This document shows positions 57,711 to 64,000 of a DNA stretch of 64,000 nt, one piece after another (position 1 is the stretch's first letter; each line of letters begins with the position of its first letter). The notes beneath the pieces were generated by a model. That model searched no databases. It worked only from the letters and a program-made list of their open reading frames with translations, and was not told the origin of the DNA. The position numbers and the translations under genes were made by a program. This stretch comes from a virus: IMG/VR virus record IMGVR_UViG_3300020182_000007, one strand, 5' to 3'.

Positions 57711-58309
57711 TTTTCGTAATATTTAGTAATGAAACTTTTAATTTGAGACCTTAGTTGGTCTTGCAAGTTATTTATCTGATTTTCTATAAGTAGTCCGATC
57801 TGCTCGTTTAGATCTTCAGTTTCTAAATCCATTTGATCTTGTAACATTTCATAAACTATAGGTGATGGTATATTAACAAAAACCTGCATCTCAGCTTGAT
57901 TCTTCTTACTCATCTTTTTTAGCATCTCTATCATTACGTTAAACTCAGGTTCAGACTTTTTGTCTTGTACCTGCTGTGGATCTGGTTGAACTTTAACCGT
58001 AGTTTCATTAGTAACTGCACCAATTCCTAAAACATTACCGAATGATTCAGCTAGATTCTTAGCATCTTCTTCATCCCTTGCTTCCATTAAATATTCTTTA
58101 ATAAGAGTTGGGTTAATTCTAGTCTTATCTTCAAAGTATAGCCATTTTTTATCTGGCTGCTCTTCTGAAACTCTAACTATAGTTCCAGCCTTTTCAGTTT
58201 TAGTCCAAACGTAAATTTTATGTACGTGTTTTACTTTTGTAGTCATTTTATTTCTTTTAATTGTTAGTATTTTAATTGTAGATTCAATTAGATTTATTAA
58301 AATCCCCAT
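57707..58309 (-). CDS. hypothetical protein (about 200 aa; true start may be the downstream MTTKVK)
   Basis: ORF track; tiles on the coding strand. Confidence 0.65.
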   Translation of the reverse strand: MGILINLIESTIKILTIKRNKMTTKVKHVHKIYVWTKTEKAGTIVRVSEEQPDKKWLYFEDKTRINPTLIKEYLMEARDEEDAKNLAESFGNVLGIGAVTNETTVKVQPDPQQVQDKKSEPEFNVMIEMLKKMSKKNQAEMQVFVNIPSPIVYEMLQDQMDLETEDLNEQIGLLIENQINNLQDQLRSQIKSFITKYYEK

Positions 58310-58481
58310 ATTCTTTTAAAATAAATTGATCAATAAGCTCCATTGATTCAACAGAACCCATCGTGGCATCAGTTTTATAAAATCTATTTTTCCAATATCT
58401 TGTAAACTCTAACTCTCCGACCTCACTTAGTTGTTCTTTTAGTTTTTCTACTTCAGGTAGAATTATTTTATTAAATCCCAT
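58284..58481 (-). CDS. hypothetical protein (65 aa)
   Basis: Start overlaps the helicase stop (TAATG). Confidence 0.6.
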   Translation of the reverse strand: MGFNKIILPEVEKLKEQLSEVGELEFTRYWKNRFYKTDATMGSVESMELIDQFILKEYGDFNKSN

Positions 58482-60226
58482 TATTTTATAATTTTAATAC
58501 GTTCATTGAATGATGGTGGAAACAGTTCTGGTTTATTTATCAACGAAAGAAAGCATGCATCCAGGATATAAGTAACAGCCCAGTCATCTTTACTTCTAAC
58601 ACTCCTACCAACTCCCTGTTGAATAACGATAGAAGTTTTCCAATCGTACCAGCCAGGCATTGAATTCATTTTAGCCTTAATTAAAGGATCTCCAATATTT
58701 GGATACGGAACTTTAAAAAATACTTGAAACCTACTAATATCGTCCTTTAGATCAAGACCTTCTAGTAAAGAGGGTCCCATAAAAACTGCATCTTCTTTTT
58801 GTTTGAATAGTTCTAATAGATCTGACTTCTCTCTTGAGTTCTCGTAATCCATTAGCCTGTATGTGTGTTTACTATTGCTTTTAATGTAGTTAGTAAACTG
58901 GTAAGACCCTGTGTGAATGATACCACGCTGTCCTTTATGCTTATCAATAATCCTATCCAGTATTTTAACAACCTTTGGTAAACTAGCTTCTTTTTCCCTA
59001 TAAGATAGCTTATGTTTGTTTATAAAAACAACAGGAGACTTATCATAATTAAATGCGTTATCCATTCTAATAATCTTTGCACTTTTAATTCCCATGACCC
59101 TAGCATAGTCTCTTGGGTTACCAATAGTAGCACTCATAAATACCTTAAACCCAGCTTGATTGTGCAGATAATTTTGAATCATTGTAGATTCTTTAGTACA
59201 CATAAACTTAGCTTCTCCTTCTCGCTGGTCCCACACCATAGTGTCCATTCCAATTTCACTAATTAATTTAGTATAATCTTCAATCTTACAATGAACATCT
59301 TTAATTCTATCAAATCTACCAAAGGCAGTTTTCCAAGTTGGAGTGAGAGTCTTTTCATTATACGCGCCAAACATTTTTCTAGTCATTTTTTCGGCTGCGC
59401 TTTTTACTGCATTAAATTGCAATAAAACTTTTTCAAGTTCCTTTAATTTAGCAAATAATACCTTACGATCTTGTATTCTGATCAAATCAGATACTAAGTC
59501 ACTTAGATATGCCTTACTAATATTAGGTGCTGGAAGACCCTGTCTAATTAAAAACTTAGATTGATTATTTAACAATTCAGGAATATTTTCGTCAATTTTT
59601 GGTGAAAAGTGATTCTGTACGATGTCATCTATTTTATGTGCTTCGTCAAAAATTGTAAACTTTCTCTTTTTAAACGGAATCTTTTTTTCAGACTCTGCCA
59701 TTTTTGGAGCAACGTAGTTTCTTTGTAATAACCAAAATGCATAATTAAGAACAGTAATTGGAGAATCAATAGCCCGTAATCTTAATTGAATATAATCACA
59801 TGTCTTTGCACAATCTAATTTAGCAATTGCTTGATCATACCCCATATTCCTCATGCGACATTCTCCTAATGAGAACTTAAGTCCATTTACATGACAGTCG
59901 TAATTATCGGCTCCTTTGACAGATGGCCATCGAAGTTTTAGTTTATAAATATCGGATTCATATTGGTCTTGTAATGATAGATCAGAAGTAATAAGGTATC
60001 CGTTGTTTCCCATTTCTTTTAGAATCCAAGAAACCCACATTCCTATAATAGACTTTCCAGTTCCAGTAGGAGCATCAAGTATTATTGTCTGTTCTGGATC
60101 TTCAACATATGCGTTTACTATTGCTTCTATAGTATCTCTTTGCCCTTTTCTAAAAGCAAAACCATCACCAAAAACTCCAGTCTTAATAGCATCTTCTATA
60201 ATCTTTTTTATATTTCGTTCCAGCAT
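58481..60226 (-). CDS. dinG: DinG/XPD-family SF2 helicase with putative Fe-S cluster
   Basis: FRKGQ (Q motif), DAPTGTGKS, FDEAHK, SATIG, EGLDL, KVPYP, QQGVGRSVRSKDD; four Cys after motif Ia. Confidence 0.85.
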   Translation of the reverse strand: MLERNIKKIIEDAIKTGVFGDGFAFRKGQRDTIEAIVNAYVEDPEQTIILDAPTGTGKSIIGMWVSWILKEMGNNGYLITSDLSLQDQYESDIYKLKLRWPSVKGADNYDCHVNGLKFSLGECRMRNMGYDQAIAKLDCAKTCDYIQLRLRAIDSPITVLNYAFWLLQRNYVAPKMAESEKKIPFKKRKFTIFDEAHKIDDIVQNHFSPKIDENIPELLNNQSKFLIRQGLPAPNISKAYLSDLVSDLIRIQDRKVLFAKLKELEKVLLQFNAVKSAAEKMTRKMFGAYNEKTLTPTWKTAFGRFDRIKDVHCKIEDYTKLISEIGMDTMVWDQREGEAKFMCTKESTMIQNYLHNQAGFKVFMSATIGNPRDYARVMGIKSAKIIRMDNAFNYDKSPVVFINKHKLSYREKEASLPKVVKILDRIIDKHKGQRGIIHTGSYQFTNYIKSNSKHTYRLMDYENSREKSDLLELFKQKEDAVFMGPSLLEGLDLKDDISRFQVFFKVPYPNIGDPLIKAKMNSMPGWYDWKTSIVIQQGVGRSVRSKDDWAVTYILDACFLSLINKPELFPPSFNERIKIIK

Positions 60227-60729
60227 ATAACTTTTTCTACATCAATATTAGCTTGTGTTAATAATTCTATACCACCCATATCGCGGTAATCTTCTGAATA
60301 GTAGACTTTAGTTATTCCAGCCTGAATAATTAGCTTTGCGCAATCAAAGCAAGGGCATGTTGTTGTATAAAGCTCTGCTCCTCTACAGCTCATTGTTGAT
60401 TTAGCAACTTTCATAATTGCATTAGACTCTGCATGTAAGACTTCTCTTTTTGTACTAGTAGTTTCTATAGTACAGCATCCATCTTCACATTCATATCCGT
60501 GTTCTTCTACTAAATCAAGTGCGGCGTCTGGATTTTCATAATATACAGTTTCTGTTTTAATTGTTTCACAAGTGTTGTCAAATCCATGTGGCATTCCATT
60601 ATATCCAAATGAAATTAATTGTTGATCTTTAACAATAACGCAACCAACCTTACGCCTCTTAGCATAGCTAAGTTTGGCAAATTGATATGCGGTTTGCATG
60701 TATATTTTTTCTATTGCTATTCTGGGCAT
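60208..60729 (-). CDS. dCMP deaminase
   Basis: KVGCVIV, GYNGMP, HAESNA and PCFDCAK zinc-deaminase motifs. Confidence 0.92.
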   Translation of the reverse strand: MPRIAIEKIYMQTAYQFAKLSYAKRRKVGCVIVKDQQLISFGYNGMPHGFDNTCETIKTETVYYENPDAALDLVEEHGYECEDGCCTIETTSTKREVLHAESNAIMKVAKSTMSCRGAELYTTTCPCFDCAKLIIQAGITKVYYSEDYRDMGGIELLTQANIDVEKVICWNEI

Positions 60730-60736
60730 ATTACAT

Positions 60737-60771
60737 AAAAAAAGTCGTTCACAGTTTATATGAACGACTTT
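60737..60771 (-). terminator. intrinsic terminator (possibly bidirectional)
   Basis: AAAGTCGTTCA/TGAACGACTTT 11-bp stem with flanking A tracts, after the ORF ending at 60793. Confidence 0.75.
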
Positions 60772-60792
60772 AAAAAAGTTTATTACTTTTAA

Positions 60793-61317
60793 TTACATTG
60801 GGATGTTGTTGCCTTCGACACCATCACCGCTTGTAAAAGATTCTTTCATTTCATCAATTTTCTTAGAATAAGATTCTTTCATAGATTCACACATCGCTTC
60901 ATAAGTCTCATTAGATATTTCAGAGTCACTTACTTTTTCATATGATTCTTTCATAGCGTTTGCTGCAACTGCCGCAACTAATGCAGCGTTTTCAGACATA
61001 TATGACTCTACTGTGTGGTCTTCGTATTCATCTCCTTCATAAGAGCATGCTTCGTCAACTACTTGTTTATAACTATCAGCAATCATTTCGGAAACCGCCT
61101 TAACTACAGCTTCTTCATGAGAGGTCTCGTTTGCTTCTTCTTCTTCTTCAGCTTCTTCTTCAGCTTCTTCTTCAGCTTCTTCAGCAACAGGAACTTCTTC
61201 CTCTTTTTCATCGTCTAGATCTTTAGGTTCTCCTAGATCTACGATATCTTTTTCTATTTCTTCAGAACGATCTGCTTCTTGAACGTACTGCTCGAAAGAT
61301 AAAATTCTTTTTGACAT
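60793..61317 (-). CDS. very acidic tagged protein (scaffold/internal-head-like)
   Basis: MSKRILSFEQYVQEA start, EEEA tandem repeats, GATATATA upstream. Confidence 0.65.
   Translation of the reverse strand: MSKRILSFEQYVQEADRSEEIEKDIVDLGEPKDLDDEKEEEVPVAEEAEEEAEEEAEEEEEANETSHEEAVVKAVSEMIADSYKQVVDEACSYEGDEYEDHTVESYMSENAALVAAVAANAMKESYEKVSDSEISNETYEAMCESMKESYSKKIDEMKESFTSGDGVEGNNIPM
61133..61185. repeat. 12-nt tandem coding repeat (ttcttcttcagc)n encoding AEEE
   Basis: Directly visible tandem array. Confidence 0.85.
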
Positions 61318-61363
61318 AATATTTGGTTTGTTTTTAAATGTTTAGTTATATATCTACTTAATC

Positions 61364-61663
61364 TTATATTATTTTTAGACTAAGCGCTGTAGTGCCTTTA
61401 ATGATACGATGTATCACTCCTTTAGGTATTTCAATATCAACTCCAACGATCATATTTATTGGAAGTTCATTATCATATTGAAATCTCCAGTCTGAATCAT
61501 TTAGTACTTTAACTAATCTATCTTCGTTATCCCAGTGCCATTTAAAAAGATGTTCTGGATATTTTTGATCAAAATGTCTTATAATATAACCATCAAATCT
61601 CTCCTCAGTGAAAGGTTTACGTTGGTCATTTATCATATCAATCATTTCTTTATGTGTTACCAT
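61364..61663 (-). CDS. cupin-fold protein
   Basis: FKWHWDNEDRLV...WRFQYDNELP...IEIPKGVIHRIIKG two-motif cupin pattern. Confidence 0.7.
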   Translation of the reverse strand: MVTHKEMIDMINDQRKPFTEERFDGYIIRHFDQKYPEHLFKWHWDNEDRLVKVLNDSDWRFQYDNELPINMIVGVDIEIPKGVIHRIIKGTTALSLKII

Positions 61664-62196
61664 GGTTGATCACTTTTAAGACCAAGCTGTTTGGCAAAAA
61701 ATACACTTGAATAGCATGCCCAAAATCCAGCTTTATCCGGATCCATTTTCTTTTGAAGATCACATTGGTGCCTAGCCCAAAAACTTGCAGCTCTTGCTGG
61801 ATCATCATTCTTAACAGTAGTTGAAGGATCTCCCCATTCAAGTTTTTTTGCAATTATATTTCCATCTTTGTCGGTTCTACCACTGTTTCTATAAACTATA
61901 AACTTAGCCTTACCTCCTCTATCAGGAGAATCTAGTTTAACGTTGATTTGGTTACCGCCTCTAGGTTTATAAATAGCTTTCTTTCCAACTTCTAGATTTT
62001 TAGCCATCCAGCCAGAAGGTCCTTTAAGAATAATATTGTCTTTCGCCCAATATTGTTTTACTTCTTCAAATAGTTCACCATATTTATCGCTACCGAGTCT
62101 AAAGAAAGAATTGGTTAAATCAAGGCCTTCGTCAATATGCGCCTTTAATTCAGGAGATATGTGATTCCAATCTTCAAATGTCTTTACAAATTTCAT
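61657..62196 (-). CDS. tagged hypothetical protein with FWARHQC...AGFWAC motif
   Basis: MKFVKTFEDW start; His/Cys motif, possible metal site. Confidence 0.7.
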   Translation of the reverse strand: MKFVKTFEDWNHISPELKAHIDEGLDLTNSFFRLGSDKYGELFEEVKQYWAKDNIILKGPSGWMAKNLEVGKKAIYKPRGGNQINVKLDSPDRGGKAKFIVYRNSGRTDKDGNIIAKKLEWGDPSTTVKNDDPARAASFWARHQCDLQKKMDPDKAGFWACYSSVFFAKQLGLKSDQPW

Positions 62197-62201
62197 GTTC
62201 G

Positions 62202-62801
62202 TTATTTTTTATAGATTCTTTTTACAAAAGATTCAATATCCTTTTTATCGTATCCTAGTAGATTGCCAACATATCTTGCCTCATCAGGTGTAGAATCGCT
62301 TAGATATCCACCATGATCTGCCGCATAATCAGCAAGTTTTTGTGCCATTTTTTTATCAGTCTTATATAATACCCAAGCGTTTCCTTCCTTCTTATTCTTA
62401 ACCTCAATTAATTTTAAGCCGTTCTCAATACCATGATTCATTGCCTTAATTTCTTTTTTATTATTAGGAGCATAAATAGGCTTATCCATTGTTGATATAA
62501 ATACAAGTTCTCTCTTACCATCAATTACAGTCTGTACTCCATTTATAGTATCATGCGCTTCGGCTGCCCTAATGTTCTCGGTAATAGCTCCTTTCTGATT
62601 AAACATACTTAAATTAACTCTAAATACTTTACCGCTATCAATTGATTTTAGAGTAACTATAAAACCATCTGAATCAGTAACAGTACACCTACTTCCTAGA
62701 TATAGAACTTCTTTTCCATTTTCTAAAGCGAAGAAAGTTTTCTTATCTATTTTTTGACCGTACTTCTTAACAAAATCCTCAAATAACTGTATGTGCTTCA
62801 T
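62202..62801 (-). CDS. tagged hypothetical protein (199 aa)
   Basis: MKHIQLFEDFVKK start. Confidence 0.7.
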   Translation of the reverse strand: MKHIQLFEDFVKKYGQKIDKKTFFALENGKEVLYLGSRCTVTDSDGFIVTLKSIDSGKVFRVNLSMFNQKGAITENIRAAEAHDTINGVQTVIDGKRELVFISTMDKPIYAPNNKKEIKAMNHGIENGLKLIEVKNKKEGNAWVLYKTDKKMAQKLADYAADHGGYLSDSTPDEARYVGNLLGYDKKDIESFVKRIYKK

Positions 62802-62805
62802 ATCC

Positions 62806-63063
62806 TTAATCGTTTTCTATAGTTGCGAGTTTTGTATAATATTTAGGATCCTCAAAAAGGTGATCTCTTGCTATTTCCATCGCTACTTTTTTATCATTAG
62901 TATGTTCCATCTCAACTACAATGCCTCTTTCATACTCAGCGTCTAGTCCTTCTAGATCTACTTTATGTTTTTTAGCAATATCCGCTAATGACATATCTCC
63001 AGATATTCCTCCTGGAATTACTTCCTCATTAATAAATTCTTCAAATAGTTTTATATGCTTCAT
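62806..63063 (-). CDS. tagged DUF5661-like protein
   Basis: MKHIKLFEEFINEE start; GIVVEMEHT...AMEIARDHLFEDPKYYTKL recalled as the DUF5661 pattern. Confidence 0.7.
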   Translation of the reverse strand: MKHIKLFEEFINEEVIPGGISGDMSLADIAKKHKVDLEGLDAEYERGIVVEMEHTNDKKVAMEIARDHLFEDPKYYTKLATIEND

Positions 63064-63069
63064 TTTTTA

Positions 63070-63369
63070 TTATATTTTATTTATTAGATCCTGTCTGTCT
63101 AATTGTTTATAAACTTCTTTACGAACCTTTTCCATCTTCTCAGCATACTTTGGATCGTCATTGCGATTAAATACAATTTGTTGAGTTAGTGAACCACTGA
63201 TCTTCTTAACATCACCTTTACGAGTCTTAATTAACCATGCTGCTAAATCTTTAATTCCTAAGTCTTTAAATCTACCTTCAGCTTCAGGTGCATCTGACTT
63301 ATTAAAGTCTGGAGCTCCTGCTGGTTTTTTCTCTGTAATGAATTGTTCGAATAATTTTATATGCTTCAT
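63070..63369 (-). CDS. tagged hypothetical protein (99 aa)
   Basis: MKHIKLFEQFITEK start. Confidence 0.7.
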   Translation of the reverse strand: MKHIKLFEQFITEKKPAGAPDFNKSDAPEAEGRFKDLGIKDLAAWLIKTRKGDVKKISGSLTQQIVFNRNDDPKYAEKMEKVRKEVYKQLDRQDLINKI

Positions 63370-63370
63370 A

Positions 63371-63718
63371 TTAATCAGGGTATTTTACCATTGTATTTCT
63401 TGTTAGACTCTTATCAGTATTTTTTACAAATCCTAAATCTTTATAAAAACTAGCAAGTCTACTAATCGAAGTGGCTCCAAAATCTTTAGATGGTGTTAAA
63501 AATATAGGCTTGCCTTCTTTGTTTGCAAAATCTATAATTAACTTCATTACTTTAGTTCCGATGCCTTCTCCTCTTTTTTCTTTGGGTATTTCAATTCTAG
63601 ATAATTCTAAATATCTTTCAGTATTATATAAGTCTAATACAACTCCAAATTCATCTTCTAAATGTTGGAGTGCCATTTCTTCATTTAAAAATTCCTCGAA
63701 TAATTTAACCCTTTTCAC
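63371..63718 (-). CDS. tagged GNAT-family acetyltransferase; start GTG at 63718
   Basis: GTG directly after the upstream stop gives MKRVKLFEEFLNEE; acetyl-CoA motif A IEIPKEKRGEGIGTKVM and FYKDLGF. Confidence 0.8.
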   Translation of the reverse strand: MKRVKLFEEFLNEEMALQHLEDEFGVVLDLYNTERYLELSRIEIPKEKRGEGIGTKVMKLIIDFANKEGKPIFLTPSKDFGATSISRLASFYKDLGFVKNTDKSLTRNTMVKYPD

Positions 63719-63719
63719 G

Positions 63720-64000
63720 TTAATCTTCTTTTGATTTAAATGGTAGTTTTTTATCATGACCACCGTCTCTTACCTCCTTCGCAACATCAGCATCAGCGCC
63801 TCCCCAAGTTCCTTTACCTTTTTCTAAGAATGCATTTATTCTAGCGTATCCCCATCCTTCTTGCGTCATACCTGGATGGTGTCCACTGTTCCAAGCGTCC
63901 ATTCCACGTCTCATTATAATTCTAAGAATAGGTAAAGGTACTCCACTTTCTTTTGATTTATTCTTGAGTCCAGTTTCTACAGCTTTTCCTTTAAGCGGAC
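63720..64000 (-). CDS. hypothetical phage protein, C-terminal part (open to the window edge)
   Basis: Frame stays open upstream of 63914 to the edge (PLKGKAVETGLKNKSKESGVPLPILRIIMRRGMDAWNSGHHPG...GYARINAFL). Confidence 0.75.
   Translation of the reverse strand, partial: PLKGKAVETGLKNKSKESGVPLPILRIIMRRGMDAWNSGHHPGMTQEGWGYARINAFLEKGKGTWGGADADVAKEVRDGGHDKKLPFKSKED

Noticed and set aside
204-63734. All plus-strand ORFs in the supplied track (e.g. 1910..2383, 9434..10075, 11281..11739, 54988..55350)
   Set aside because: They lie antisense to long, motif-bearing minus-strand genes and have the Ser/Leu/Phe-rich composition of shadow frames.
63371-63763. Longer ATG start for the GNAT gene (MVMIKNYHLNQKKIN...)
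   Set aside because: It overlaps the upstream gene by 44 nt; the GTG at 63718 abuts the upstream stop and gives the shared tag.
1-64000. Stop-codon reassignment (TAG/TGA recoding) as seen in some large phages
   Set aside because: Genes tile densely with code 11, conserved proteins are full length, and TAG and TGA end genes at sensible positions.
1-64000. tRNA genes
   Set aside because: Intergenic gaps are small and none showed a cloverleaf with a T-loop GTTCRA consensus by eye; tRNAscan-SE or ARAGORN would confirm.

Overview
This is a 64-kb segment of an AT-rich, T4-like (myovirus-type) jumbo bacteriophage genome, with essentially every real gene on the minus strand and the standard genetic code. 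The host is probably Bacteroidota, inferred from a class Id-type ribonucleotide reductase, a bS1 homologue and A-rich leaders without Shine-Dalgarno sites. Left arm: UvsX (partial), a split family-B DNA polymerase whose halves flank a probable sliding clamp plus nrdA/nrdB, UvsW, UvsY, primase, gp32-type SSB and a RuvC-like resolvase. Middle: about 35 kb of tail, baseplate and neck genes, interrupted by an amidoligase-like gene and a four-domain S1 (bS1-like) gene. Right: DinG-like Fe-S helicase, dCMP deaminase and an array of small genes. The strongest novelty candidates are: (i) a structured three-hairpin element after nrdA carrying a 21/22-nt match to 23S rRNA helix 69 plus the adjacent rRNA 8-mer in permuted order; (ii) about 14 proteins, including a ligase-fold enzyme, a GNAT acetyltransferase and modular polyproteins, sharing a T4-capsid-targeting-like tag (xxFEEFINE) and E-cleavage linkers, suggesting a virion-delivered cargo system; (iii) two promoter classes, GAAAC-N16-ATATAA and GATATATA; (iv) a 390-bp non-coding control region next to ssb. 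No tRNA, CRISPR array, intron or mobile element was detected by eye. All functional calls come from motif recognition, not database searches.
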